From an uncultured Planctomycetaceae bacterium (GTDB taxonomy: Bacteria > Planctomycetota > Planctomycetia > Isosphaerales > Isosphaeraceae): a stretch of DNA of 64,000 nucleotides. The notes beneath the pieces were generated by a model. It saw nothing but the letters and a program-made list of their open reading frames with translations. It ran no database searches and had not been told where the DNA came from. Shown here in pieces: positions 18,702-29,650 of this stretch. The position numbers and the translations under genes were made by a program. Where the stretch lies: positions 2,208,001 to 2,272,000 of the forward strand of contig CAWIAD010000001.1 in assembly GCA_963833985.1 (NCBI GenBank), given 5' to 3'. The first letter of the stretch is position 1, and every line of letters begins with the position of its first letter.

Positions 18702-19979
18702 TCAGAAAAGCTCAGCCGGCTCGGCCCCGCGGAGCTTGGAGAGCGAGAGCAAGCCCGAGAAGAAGCCCACCGCGAGTGCCAGGCCCAGGCTGATCAAGAG
18801 GTTTTCGGCAGTCAATCGCATGGGGATTCCGGCCAGCTCCTCGGTCACACGGTACACCACGCCGGCCAGCAGGACAGCCAGCATGTAGGAAATTACCATG
18901 TAAATGAGCGATTGTTCAATCACCACGCGCCCCAGCCGGCGCGGAGAGTAGCCCATGGCCTTGAGCGTGGCATACTCGGGCAAGTGCTCGCGGACGTCGT
19001 TGGAGAGCACCTGGTAGACCACCACTGCGGCCACGGCCATGGCTACCAAGACACCGAAGGCGAAGAGCTGGCCGGTCGAGGTCTGGTTCACCCAGTGGTC
19101 GGTCTCGCGGTCGAGGATCTCCGCGCGGGTCAGCACCTCCACGTCCGCCGGCAGCCGTTTTCGGAGCTCGTCATGCGCGGCGTCTGCCTGCCCTGGCTTG
19201 ACCCGCAGAAACCCGAAGCTCACCTGGCCTGGTGGGAACCGGCACAGCCGCTGGAAGTTAAGATCGCTACAGATCACGGTGGAATCGGCCGCGAAGCCGC
19301 GCAGCATGGGGAAGCCGCCGGCCAGAGTGACCGCGTGGCTGCCCAGTTCCCAGTGTGTGACACGGTCGCGGATCTGCCAGCCGAAATCGGGATGCGACTG
19401 CTCGTTCAGCAGCACCCGGTTCTCGAGCTGGAACTGCTCCCTGGCGGCCTCGACGTGCCTGCGGATCGGCTCATCGAAGGGGTTCTTCGCGAGGTCGATC
19501 CCGATCACGAAGAGCTCCCTGCGCTGGAGGGGACGGGGCAGCCGCGCACCGGCGAGCCAGCGCGTGAGCGGGCCCGGCGAGGGCTCCGCGCCGTGATCGG
19601 CCACCGTGCTGCCGGCGGGGTAAGCCGGGCACCGCCAGAGCTCGAACGTCGCGTACATCGGCGCGGCGCCCTGCACGGAGTCGACGTCCTGGGCGAGGGC
19701 CAGGCGATCACGGGGGAAAAAACCGGCCGCGTAGAATTGCTCGTACCGCGGCGAGAGCAGCACGAGGTCGAAGAGGATCTGCTCGAAATTGTTACGTGCG
19801 GTGATCCGTACGGCCTCCAGGAATCCAAGCTGGAGCAGGACCATGGTCAGCGAGAAGGCGACACCCGAGACCGCCGCCAGCGACCGCCTGCCCCCGTGGA
19901 CCACATTGCGCAGGGCGAGTGGCGGAGTGCGAAGCATGGGTGACGGCAATGCTCTGATGGCGAACTTCTCCGGTTGCAT
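18702..19979 (-). CDS. DevC/FtsX-like ABC permease (second paralogue)
   Basis: PLALRNV, LQLGF, YQVLSNDVREHLPEYATLKAMGY, EPAELF; start uncertain (19937-19982). Confidence 0.9.
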   Translation of the reverse strand: MQPEKFAIRALPSPMLRTPPLALRNVVHGGRRSLAAVSGVAFSLTMVLLQLGFLEAVRITARNNFEQILFDLVLLSPRYEQFYAAGFFPRDRLALAQDVDSVQGAAPMYATFELWRCPAYPAGSTVADHGAEPSPGPLTRWLAGARLPRPLQRRELFVIGIDLAKNPFDEPIRRHVEAAREQFQLENRVLLNEQSHPDFGWQIRDRVTHWELGSHAVTLAGGFPMLRGFAADSTVICSDLNFQRLCRFPPGQVSFGFLRVKPGQADAAHDELRKRLPADVEVLTRAEILDRETDHWVNQTSTGQLFAFGVLVAMAVAAVVVYQVLSNDVREHLPEYATLKAMGYSPRRLGRVVIEQSLIYMVISYMLAVLLAGVVYRVTEELAGIPMRLTAENLLISLGLALAVGFFSGLLSLSKLRGAEPAELF

Positions 19980-19993
19980 CACTCAGCGGCCTG

Positions 19994-21161
19994 TCACTCG
20001 TGGGGCGGGGTTGCGGCCGATGTGCCGGCGAGGTTCCTGCCGCCGGGGCGGATCGACGCTTCGACCTGCATGTTCACGAACCGGGCCGCCGGATCCGGCT
20101 GGTCCAGCGCGATGGTCACCTTGATGACGCGGCGGTCTTGCAGATCGCGCGGGTCGAGGCTCGCGAGCTGGTTCTTGCCGACCATGGTGCCGATGGCCGT
20201 CACCTTGCCCGCAACCGTGTCCCCGAGGATGGACACCGTTGCCGGGTCGCTGAGCCGGAGCCGGGGGACGTCGCTCTGGAAGACCTCCGCGGTGGCGACT
20301 ATCGCGGAGAGGTCGCCCAGGGCCAGGAGTGGTCCGCTGCTGACCTCGCCCGCGTGTGCCAGGACCTCGAGGACTGTTCCCGCGGACGGGGCCCGAACCT
20401 CGGTCTGCGCAACGCCCGCCACGGCCAGGTCAATCTGGCGGTCCAGCAACACCAGCACGGGATGGCCATCGCCCAGCTCGGCGTCCTCGAGCGCGGCGCT
20501 GGCGCGGCAGCAGTTCCTGGGCCACCTGGTACGACTTGATCTGGAGCTCGCCCTCCAACGCCCGGGTCTGAATCTCGAAGTAGCGTGCCTCGAGCTCGAA
20601 CCGCTCCTTGCCCTTGAGCGTGGACCCGAGTTCCTTGTAGAGCCTGGTGATCTCGTCGAGTTGCTGCTTTGACGAGAAGACACGCATGGCGGATTCGAGC
20701 TTCGCCTTCTGCGTCCGGTCGAATTGCTCGCGTTCGATCGCCAGCTTCTGCTTCTGGACCGATCGGTCGCGCAGGGCCTTCTCCTTCTGGGTCTTCGCGA
20801 GGGCAAGCTGTGCTTCGGCCTGCTCATGTCCTTCCAGGATGGCCAGATGCTGGCCAGCGGCGACGGATGCATGGGCCGCGACCAGGATTTGCTCGATGCG
20901 CGCACCTGGCCGGGCGCCCACGATCACCAGCCCCGTGGAGGGCTCGAGCCGCGCCAGGGCGTGCACGTTGGACGGCTCGGTTGCGCTGGGTGCGTCCCGG
21001 CCGGGCGCGGGCTGCGTCTGCCGTGCCGCGACCCGGCCGGCGAGCCAGAGCAAGGCAGAGCATGAGATGAGCGCCAGCGCGAGCACCATCCAGAGCGGCC
21101 GACGGTAAGCCAGGACCACGCGCATGATGGCCGGTGTTTTCGGGACTGCGCGATCATGCAT
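19994..21161 (-). CDS. DevB/HlyD-like membrane fusion protein; apparent frameshift near 20500
   Basis: VHALARLEP and coiled coil in one frame; VRAPSAGTVLEV, AEVFQSDV, DRRVIKV, NMQVE in another. Confidence 0.82.
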
Positions 21162-21218
21162 CGCTCGGGCTCCAGGCTGGACCATGATCCCTGCCGGGCG
21201 GCAGCAAGGAAGGAATGA

Positions 21219-22058
21219 TCATAGACCAGTCCGGAGCGGCGATCCAGGACTTTTGGGGCGGAGCCCCGGCCGCGACATCGCGGCCGGCTCCGGGCGATCG
21301 ACGAGTTCAGCCAACCTTCGCCAGCGCCGGGCGCTCTTGCCGGCCGCGGCCGCGGAGACAAACGACTCGATAAGCTGCATGTCCAGCGAGATGTGCCCCT
21401 CGTTCTCGGGGTGCCACTGAACGCCGACCACCCACCAGCCCGGGTCCTTGCCTTCGAACGCCTCGATCAGGCCATCGGGAGCCAGCGCCGCCACGCGGAA
21501 GTTGGGGGCGAGCTTGCGCACTCCCTGGTGGTGGTAGCTGTTCACGCGGATCTCTCCAGGACCGTAGATCTCCTCCAGCCGGGTCTTCGGCTGCATCACC
21601 ACGGTGTGGCGATGGGCGCCGCCGTGCGGGTCGTAGTGGGGGATGCTGCGGGGCATGTCCTCGGGCAGATGGACGAACAGCGAGCCGCCCGAAATGATGT
21701 TCAGCTCCTGCATGCCCAGACCAATGCCGAGCGTCGGGATGCGGGCCTGCTGGACCAGCTTGCAGAGGAGCCGGTCGGCGATCTCTCTGCGCTCGGGAAT
21801 GAGAGTGACAGAGGGGTGGAAGGGCATGCCCAGCTTGCGCGGGTCGAGGTCGTCGCCGCCGGTCAGCACCACGCCGTCCAGCCGCTCGAGGATGGGCAAG
21901 AGCTCGCTCTCGCGGATGAGGGGGGGAATCATGACCGGCAGCGCGTTGGCCGTGAGCAGGCTATCATAGTAGCCGCTGGCCGTCATGCTGCACGCGGTCT
22001 TCGTCTTGGCGGAAATCCGGAAGTCCGAGTTGATACCGATGAGCGGACGGTGAGTCAT
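21219..22058 (-). CDS. Peptidase C26 / gamma-glutamyl-GABA hydrolase family protein lacking the catalytic Cys
   Basis: LDGVVLTGGDDLDP, LGIGLGMQ, VNSYHHQGV, GVQWHPE. Confidence 0.88.
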   Translation of the reverse strand: MTHRPLIGINSDFRISAKTKTACSMTASGYYDSLLTANALPVMIPPLIRESELLPILERLDGVVLTGGDDLDPRKLGMPFHPSVTLIPERREIADRLLCKLVQQARIPTLGIGLGMQELNIISGGSLFVHLPEDMPRSIPHYDPHGGAHRHTVVMQPKTRLEEIYGPGEIRVNSYHHQGVRKLAPNFRVAALAPDGLIEAFEGKDPGWWVVGVQWHPENEGHISLDMQLIESFVSAAAAGKSARRWRRLAELVDRPEPAAMSRPGLRPKSPGSPLRTGL

Positions 22059-22379
22059 GGCCGGCGTCCTTTCCGTGCAATAGGTCTCAGCGAAATCCAT
22101 TCGTTGACCGTCTCGATTGCGACCCGCGATGGTGGTCGAGGCCGCTCACTCAAGGCCGACTGAGTCTAGACAAGGCCGATCGCGAACTTCAAGAAAAATC
22201 TCCGTGGAAGTGACGGATTTCCCGGGTTTTTTTCGAAAGCTGCCGCGGTTGGGAAGCCAGGTTTTCCGAATCGTCCGCCTCCCTCGCCACCGGTCATGTT
22301 CGCATGAACAGAACTGGAGCCGGCCGGCCCGGTTGGCACGTGTTTTTGGGAAGGCGGATGCACAGCGGCAAAGGAGTGG

Positions 22380-24212
22380 TCAGCGGCCCGATACCGGGCC
22401 GGCGCTGGCCTGCGTCTCCAGGCTCGTGGACTGTGAAGTTCCGGGCATTGGTAGATAATCATTTTTAATATAGCGAATGATCATTTCAAGATCATTATCA
22501 GTGAGCTGGTCGCGGCTGAAGGGAGGCATCTTCGCGGCCTCGCCGAAGAACTCGTAGAGGTCGGGGGCAGCGGGCTTGCGAATCATCCGCGCAAGCCAGC
22601 GCGGTGAACCCCAGGCGAAGAGGCCGGGCGCGTCGCGGAGCCCGCCCTCGGTATAACCCTGGATCTCGTGGCACGCCCCGCATTCCTTCTGGAATGCCGC
22701 ACTGCCGGGGTGGTCCGAGACACCGGGGCTGTTCAGCCATTCCTCGACCGACTGATCGGCCGGAATCCGTGCGAACGACGCCACGAAATCCGCCACGTCC
22801 TCGAGCGCCTTGCCCTTGAGCCTGGAGCTCTTCTTCCATTCCGCCATGCCGCCCGCGCCCTTCACCTTGCCGAAATAGGCATTGTCCGCGGGGTTTTCGA
22901 GCAGTCCGCGGACCCACGCCCGGGAGCCAAAGTCGCGCAGCTCGGCCGCGGTTTGTTCGCCTGCGCCGCTGCTCGCGCCCCGGCCCCCGTAGACATGGCA
23001 GCCCAGGCATTTGGTCTCGAGTGCGGCGCGCCCCTGGGTGAGCGGATCTTGCCGCAGCAGGAACCCGGCGCCGGCCGGCGGCACGCCCGCTGCCGGGCTG
23101 GCCGCCAGGAAAAGCGCTCGCTGCCGGGCCTCGTCGGCCCTGTGCCGGGCCTCCTGGAACTGCCGGTCGCTCGCGTCGGCATGCACGGCCTCCCAGGTCA
23201 GGTAGCCCGCGCCACCAAGCAGCCCGAGGACCACGGCGCACGCCAGCACGTGCACAAACCTGACGGGCAAGAGCCGGTCCAGGAACGGCAGGACGAACAG
23301 GAAGGCCAGTACCGTGAGTGGCACAACAATCGACCCCACCCACTCCAGGCGTCCTGGAAAGTGCTTGAGCATCTGGAAAAGGAAGAGGAAGAACCATTCG
23401 GGCCGGGCGGGAAAGTCCGCGCTGGACGGGTCCGCCGGCGCGTCCAGCGGTGCCCCGCCGGTTGCCAGGACAAGCCCGACCATGATCGCGAGGAGCAGCG
23501 CGCAGGCAGCCGAGTTCTTGAAGCTCTGAGCGGGCCAGTAGCTCTCCACATTCGAAGGGTCAGCCGCGGAGGCTGTCAGACCGTGGCGCCGGGTGAGCCT
23601 GAGATGCGCGTAAACGCAGAGGGAGAAAAGGATGGGCAAAACTGCCACGTGCAGCGCGAAGAGTCGTGTGAGCGTCTGATTACCATATTCGGTTCCGCCC
23701 ATGAGCAGCGTCTTCACGGAGGGGCCCACATAGGGTACGCCGCTGGCAATATTCGTCATGACCTTGGTGGCCCAGTATCCCTTCTGGTCCCAGGGAAGCT
23801 GGTAGCCGGTATGACCGAAGCCGATGGTCAGCACCAGCAGCAGCAGCCCGGACCACCAGGTGAACCCGCGCGGAGTGCGGTAGGCGCCGGAGAGCAAGGT
23901 CCGCACCAGATGGCAGACCAGCAGGATCATGACTGCCGACGCCCCCACATGGTGCATGCCGCGGATGAACCAGCCCATCGCCAGCACGTTGTTGATGTAG
24001 AACACACTGCCCCAGGCCGAGGCCGATGACGGGCTGTAGGCGGTCATCATCAGCAGACCGGTGAATGCCTGGATAAGCACGGCCGAGAAGAGCACCGGCC
24101 CGAAGACGTACCGCCAGCGCGAGCCACCGGGAATCGGCTCATCGCGATGGGAGCGCATCAGGGCTCGGTCACCGGTCCGTTCGTCGAGCCAGTTCGCATC
24201 GTTGTTAGGCAA
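22380..24212 (-). CDS. Cytochrome b + subunit IV fused to a dihaem cytochrome c
   Basis: IRGMHH, TGYQLPWDQKGYWA, RLFALH, RPEWF; CLGCH and CGACH; probable TTG start overlapping the Rieske stop. Confidence 0.9.
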   Translation of the reverse strand: MPNNDANWLDERTGDRALMRSHRDEPIPGGSRWRYVFGPVLFSAVLIQAFTGLLMMTAYSPSSASAWGSVFYINNVLAMGWFIRGMHHVGASAVMILLVCHLVRTLLSGAYRTPRGFTWWSGLLLLVLTIGFGHTGYQLPWDQKGYWATKVMTNIASGVPYVGPSVKTLLMGGTEYGNQTLTRLFALHVAVLPILFSLCVYAHLRLTRRHGLTASAADPSNVESYWPAQSFKNSAACALLLAIMVGLVLATGGAPLDAPADPSSADFPARPEWFFLFLFQMLKHFPGRLEWVGSIVVPLTVLAFLFVLPFLDRLLPVRFVHVLACAVVLGLLGGAGYLTWEAVHADASDRQFQEARHRADEARQRALFLAASPAAGVPPAGAGFLLRQDPLTQGRAALETKCLGCHVYGGRGASSGAGEQTAAELRDFGSRAWVRGLLENPADNAYFGKVKGAGGMAEWKKSSRLKGKALEDVADFVASFARIPADQSVEEWLNSPGVSDHPGSAAFQKECGACHEIQGYTEGGLRDAPGLFAWGSPRWLARMIRKPAAPDLYEFFGEAAKMPPFSRDQLTDNDLEMIIRYIKNDYLPMPGTSQSTSLETQASAGPVSGR

Positions 24213-24744
24213 GGGGAATCTGCTCCTCGGCCAGGGGCCGGAACCGCTGGAACCTGACGCGCACCGCGGGATCCGCATCGGTCGTCATTCGGACCTCGAG
24301 ACGGTCCATCGGCCGCGGGGGCACCTGATTCTCGGGCTTGCCTTCCAGGTCGAAGGCACTGGTGTGGCAAGGGCACAGGAAGCTCCGGCCGTCGGCCGCG
24401 AGGTTGATGGCACAGCCCAGGTGCGGACACTCCGCGGTGTAGGCGATTACCGGTGAGCCAGCGCCCTCAGGCTCGCGCACGAGCCAGACCGAGCCGACGG
24501 GCTCGCTGGGATACTTCACCCAGGCGTCACTGCGATCCTGAATGATTGCAAAGGACCGCGGCTCGCCGACTTTGAGATGGCTCAGGCTGGATACCGTGGT
24601 GAACTCATCGGCCTCCTGACGGCGGCCCTGGCTCCTCTTGAGCAACGGGGAAGCAAGGAACGCCACGGCTGGCACGGCGCACACCAGGGTCGTCAGGCTT
24701 TGCAGCAGGATGCAGCCGTAGCGGTACAGGTCGCGACGGGTCAT
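24205..24744 (-). CDS. Rieske 2Fe-2S subunit of a bc complex
   Basis: CPHLGC and CPCH boxes, PPRPMD, twin-arginine TRRDL anchor. Confidence 0.93.
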   Translation of the reverse strand: MTRRDLYRYGCILLQSLTTLVCAVPAVAFLASPLLKRSQGRRQEADEFTTVSSLSHLKVGEPRSFAIIQDRSDAWVKYPSEPVGSVWLVREPEGAGSPVIAYTAECPHLGCAINLAADGRSFLCPCHTSAFDLEGKPENQVPPRPMDRLEVRMTTDADPAVRVRFQRFRPLAEEQIPLA

Positions 24745-24988
24745 GGGAATCTCCCCGGGATCAGCGATCAGCGATCAGGGTGGAGGCAAGGAATATCTCA
24801 TGGACCGGCCGAATGCGGATTCCCTGGGCGGGGTCGGTGCACGGCCTGGGTGCACGCGACAGGGAAGGGCGGAACTGGCAGGAAGGTCAGCGAAACACTC
24901 GACCCACGAGCAACTACCTCAGGAAACCAGGCCGGCTCCCGCGAGGGCCAGGCGGCCTGCCTTGCTTCTGACGTCGATGCCGACTTTC

Positions 24989-25994
24989 CTATCCTTGCCC
25001 GGAAGCAGGCGCCGGATCAAGTGCCTGGCGAACCGCGGCAAGCACTCGTTCGACGTTCGGCTCCAACGGTCCGGCGAGAGTAAGGCCCGCGGCCGCACGG
25101 TGACCTCCTCCGCCCAGCGTGGCCGCCAGCCGGGCGCAATCCAGGCCGTTCCGCGATCGCAACGACGCCTTCACTCCTCCGCGCCTGCTCGATGAAAAGG
25201 ACCCCCACGTCAACGCCGCGCAAACTCACCGTGAAGTCCACCAGGTCCTCGGAGTCCTGTGCAATCGCGCCCGTACGCTCCAGGTCCGCACGCGAGATCA
25301 CCGCGTAAGCGAGCCGGCCGTCGAGCTCCGTGCGCAGGCCGGCCAGCGTCTGTCCCATGAGCCGCAGCCGGCCCAGCGTGTTGCGTTCGAAGAGGTCGCG
25401 GTAGATCGTGGCGATCTCGGCGCCCGCGTCGATCAGCTCGGCGACGGCACGGAGCGTTCGGGCGCGGGTGTTGGTGTGACGAAACCAGCCGGTATCCATG
25501 GCGATGGCCGTCAGGAGCCCGGTGGCCACCTCGCGGGTGAGCTCGGCCCGGAGCACCCTGGCCGCATCCATTACCAGCATTCCCGTCGCCTCGGCAGCCG
25601 TGTCCTTGAGGAACAGTGCACCCAGATCATCCTGGCTGACATGGTGGTCGATCACCGCGCGCGGGCCAGGGAACACCCGGATGTATTCGGCCATGTCGCC
25701 AAGCTGGCTCCAGGCCGAAAGGTCGAGGATGATCGCCACCTGGCGGTCGGCCAGGTCGGAGGGCTGCACCGAGTGTGCGTAGTGCTCGAAGAGCGTGCGC
25801 GGCGGATCGAGAAAGTCGTAGCGAGGTGGCATGTGACTGACGTTCACCACGCGCACGTCCTTCCCCTTCTGCCGCAGGATCCCGGCCATGGCCGCTTCCG
25901 ACCCCAGAGCGTCGCCGTCGGGCCGGATATGGGTCGTCACCAGGAACCGGTCATGGCGTTCGATCAGGTCAACCAGCGGCGTCCAGTCGATCAT
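24989..25994 (-). CDS. nrnA: DHH/DHHA1 oligoribonuclease/pAp phosphatase; apparent frameshift near 25180
   Basis: HIRPDGDALGS, IDHH, DTGWF; KASLRS and GGGGHRAAAG continue in another frame ending at 24989. Confidence 0.88.
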
Positions 25995-26226
25995 CAGTGC
26001 TCGGCTCTGGGAAGGGCAAATTTGTCTTGTGACATGGCTATCAGCGTAGCCGGAGCGGGAACCGGACCGCAATGGCAGCGACCACGCTGTGCGCCGCGGA
26101 GGATCTTAGGCCGACGTCGTTACCTGCCAGCGGTTCAGCGGCTCACGGCCTCGTTGCCCCTGGCCGGTGTGGGTGCTACGTTGGCGCGACAACGCATGCC
26201 ATGAAGGTCGAACGGGAGATCCGACG

Positions 26227-28209
26227 ATGACGCGCTCTCGATTCTGCTGGACAACGCTGCTCTTGACCTGCCTCGCCTCGTGGGCCCGGTCCGCGGACGT
26301 GATCGTCGTGGACGTGAAGCATCCGGGCCCGGAGATCTCACCTCTGCTGTTCGGGCAGAACCTTGAGCATACTCGCCATTCGGTCTGGCAGGGCCTGTCG
26401 GCCCAGTTGCTCGCGAACCGGAAATTCGCGGGTCCCGTGAGCGCAGATGGCCCTGATGGGCGAAAGGTGGTTCGCGGCGCCATCAGCCCGGACGGCGTGG
26501 TGGCCCGCTGGTTGGCAGTCGGCCCGGATCCGGCTGAGTTCACAGCCGACACCACCGCGGCTTTCGCGGGCAGCCAATCCCAGCGCATTCGCATCGCGGG
26601 CCAGGGCCGGGGAGGAATCGGCCAGCGCGGGCTCGCATTGCAGCAAGGCAAGGACCATGAACTTCGCCTTCAGGTCAAGACCGACCGGCCCACCGAACTC
26701 GTCGTCCGGCTTGTCTCCGATCACGGTCCCGAGGTCTACGCCGAGGGTCGGATCGCGCTCGCTGCGGGATCGTGGCAAGGTTACCAGTGCACCTTGAAGC
26801 CGGCAAAGACCGATGCGTCCGCCCGCCTCGAGCTGGTCTTCCATGGTCCGGCCACCGTCTGGATGGGTGCGGCATCGCTCTTGCCGAAAGGCCATTTTCA
26901 CGGCCTGCGGCGCGATGTTGTGGACCTGCTCAAGGAGATTTCGGTTCCACTGCTACGCTGGCCCGGCGGCAATTACACGCGTGACTACCGCTGGCAAGAC
27001 GGGCTCTTGCCCGTCGATCAACGTCCTACCATCGCCATTACCTGGCACGAAACCCAGCCGTTCGCCGACAACGTCGATGCCCACGAGATTGGCACGGACG
27101 ACTTTTTGGCCCTCTGCCACGAGCTGGGCGCCGAGCCGGCCATCACCTTGAACCTTGACCCGCGATTGACCACGCCCGAGGATGCCGCGGCCTGGGTGCA
27201 GTATTGCAACGGCCCAGCGGACAGTAAGTGGGGAAAGGTGCGCGCAGCGCGTGGTCATGCCGGGCCGTATCATGTCAAGTACTGGACGATCGGCAACGAG
27301 GTCTGGGGCGGCTGGATGGGGCCGACTCACAGTGATGCGAAGCACTACTCCGAGCACATCTTGCAGTACAGCGCCGCCATGAAGCAGGCCGATCCCTCGG
27401 TCATCTTGATCGCGTCCGGCTTGCGCGGTCAGTGGGACACGGACTTGCTGGCTCATGCGGCCGGGCAAATCGACCTGATCAGCGAGCACGACTACGCTTC
27501 CGAAGGCAAGGCCCACGCAGCGCATCCCGGCACCGCGGAGCTGGCTCGCCTGGTGCAGGCTCCCGCAGTCACTGTCTTGCCCATGCTCCGCGAGGTTCGC
27601 CAGGCCGCCGACCGGCTGCCGGCAGGGCGTCGCGTCGGGATCGCCTTTGACGAATGGAACGTCTGGCACAACTGGTTCGTCCGGCCGTTCGAGAACACCT
27701 GGAGCGTCGGCCCGATCGACGGCATCTACGCCGCCACGTTGCTGAACCTGCTATGCCGGGAAGCCAGCCCGCTGAAACTCGAGATGGCGGCCTTCTTCGA
27801 GCCCGTCAACGAGGGGGCCATCGACGTTCAACCCTTCTCCGCGCGCTTGACCGCGGTCGGACAGGTGTTTTCGCTGTACAGAGCGCATCACGGCCAGAGA
27901 TTGCTCAAAGCCCGCCTCGGCGGCAACCCGGCATCTCTCGACGCGTGTGCGTCGCTGGATCACGCCGGGCGGACCATCGCGCTGACCGTTGTGAACCGCG
28001 ATCCCGAGCATTCCCAGCAGGTCCTCATCAAGCCGGAGGGCGTGACCGGCGTTCGTGACGCCATGGCACGCCTGCTGACGGTGCCTGAGCTTGCGGCGAA
28101 CGCAGGTTTCGACGAACGAAGGGAGACGCTGCCGATTGACCACGGATCCGCGGTCTTGAGTTTACCGCGCTACGGCATCGCGCTCGTCCAGATGAGCGTG
28201 AGCCAGTAG
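26227..28209 (+). CDS. GH51 alpha-L-arabinofuranosidase-like protein, secreted
   Basis: LFGQNLEH, LRWPGGN, IGTDDF, WTIGNE, FDEWN; signal peptide. Confidence 0.88.
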   Translation: MTRSRFCWTTLLLTCLASWARSADVIVVDVKHPGPEISPLLFGQNLEHTRHSVWQGLSAQLLANRKFAGPVSADGPDGRKVVRGAISPDGVVARWLAVGPDPAEFTADTTAAFAGSQSQRIRIAGQGRGGIGQRGLALQQGKDHELRLQVKTDRPTELVVRLVSDHGPEVYAEGRIALAAGSWQGYQCTLKPAKTDASARLELVFHGPATVWMGAASLLPKGHFHGLRRDVVDLLKEISVPLLRWPGGNYTRDYRWQDGLLPVDQRPTIAITWHETQPFADNVDAHEIGTDDFLALCHELGAEPAITLNLDPRLTTPEDAAAWVQYCNGPADSKWGKVRAARGHAGPYHVKYWTIGNEVWGGWMGPTHSDAKHYSEHILQYSAAMKQADPSVILIASGLRGQWDTDLLAHAAGQIDLISEHDYASEGKAHAAHPGTAELARLVQAPAVTVLPMLREVRQAADRLPAGRRVGIAFDEWNVWHNWFVRPFENTWSVGPIDGIYAATLLNLLCREASPLKLEMAAFFEPVNEGAIDVQPFSARLTAVGQVFSLYRAHHGQRLLKARLGGNPASLDACASLDHAGRTIALTVVNRDPEHSQQVLIKPEGVTGVRDAMARLLTVPELAANAGFDERRETLPIDHGSAVLSLPRYGIALVQMSVSQ

Positions 28210-28265
28210 CCCGGGGACAGGCGTGCTCCCGAGCATAGTCTTGCCAGCCTGCCAACGTGGGCCCA

Positions 28266-29250
28266 TCAGGTCGTGTAGCTGCCGGTCCGGAACTGCCCGA
28301 GGTGCCCGCGAATCCAGTCGATCGTCTCTTTCAGGCCGTCGTCCAGGCTGTACTGGGGCTGCCACTGGAACAGAGCCTGGGCCAGCGCCGTACCGGCGAG
28401 CAGGCGTTCGACCTCGCTGGCTGCGGGGCGGAGGCGGTCGGCCTCGCACTCCACCTGAATCGGCCTGCCGACCAGGCGGCCGATGCGCTCCACCAGGTCA
28501 CCGATGGAGATGTCGTCGCCCCGGCCGATGTTCACCGCCCGGCCGATGGCAGCGTCGCAGGCGGCAATGGCGGCAAAACCGCGAGCCGTGTCTTTCACGT
28601 ACGTCAGGTCGCGCCGCGGGTCGAGCCGGCCGAGCTTCACCACCGGCCGGGTGAGCGCCTGGGAGATGATCGTGGGGATGATGGCCCGGGCCGACTGGCG
28701 CGGGCCGAAGGTGTTGAACGGGCGAAGGATCGTGACTGGCAGGCCGAAGGCGCGATGGTAGCTCTCACCCAGCGCGTCCGCGGCAATCTTGGTGGCGGCA
28801 TAAGGCGACTGGCCGCAAAGCGGATGCTGCTCGTCGATCGGCACGTAGCGGGCTGTTCCGTACACTTCCGAGGTCGACGTCAAGACCAGCCGCAAGAGGC
28901 TTGAGGAGTCCCGGCAGGCATCGAGCACGTGCGCTGTGCCGAGGACGTTGGTCTGCACCACGTCGTGCGGGTTCTGGTAGGAGTAGGGGATGGCGATCAG
29001 CGCCTCCCAGGTGGAAGACCCACTCCCGCCCGGCCACTGCGGCCCGGACCGCAACCGGGTCCTTCAGGTCGCCGCGGTTCACTTCCAGCTCCGTCTGAAT
29101 CTCGGCCGGCAGGTCGTCGAGATGGCCCCGATCATCGCGTCCATTGTAGCGCACCAGCACCCGCACCTTGTGCCCGTCACGTACCAGGTGCTCGGTAAGA
29201 TGGCTGCCAATGAAGCCCGCAGCCCCCGTGACCAGAACGGCCTTCGGCAT
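28266..29250 (-). CDS. NAD-dependent nucleotide-sugar 4,6-dehydratase/epimerase (LegB-like); apparent frameshift near 29005
   Basis: VTGAAGFIGSH in one frame; ALIAIPYSY, TSTSEVYG, SPYAATK, RPFNTFGPRQS in another. Confidence 0.88.
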
Positions 29251-29650
29251 CATCGATCCACTCCATCGGTCGATTCGAGACCCGGTTCAGCTCGCAACGG
29301 CCTTCGACAGATGTGGCCGCTCTTCTTTCTCGGCATCCGTTTCGCCGGGCCTGCCGGAACGACGGTGCGCATCCTAGGAGTTTTTCCGGCGAATGACCAC
29401 GCGAAACCCCGGGAGACCGGGCGTTCGACCTTTGCCGACTCGAAAAAAGACCGCGATGCGAGCGGCCTGCGGAACCCGGACAGCTTCAAAAGACGCCCAA
29501 GTTGCCCCATGCTTCCCCAAGTTTCTAAAGCCTCCGTTTTGCCTCGTCGATAGTGATTGTCAAGGAGAACCGAGGTCTGGACCTGAACAGCTTCAAACCT
29601 ATGGACGGCTTCCGCGACTGATGATGACACTACGACCCGGAGAACGACCG

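Noticed and set aside
24759..24778. GATCAGC short tandem repeat before the Rieske gene
   Set aside because: Under three copies; too short to interpret.
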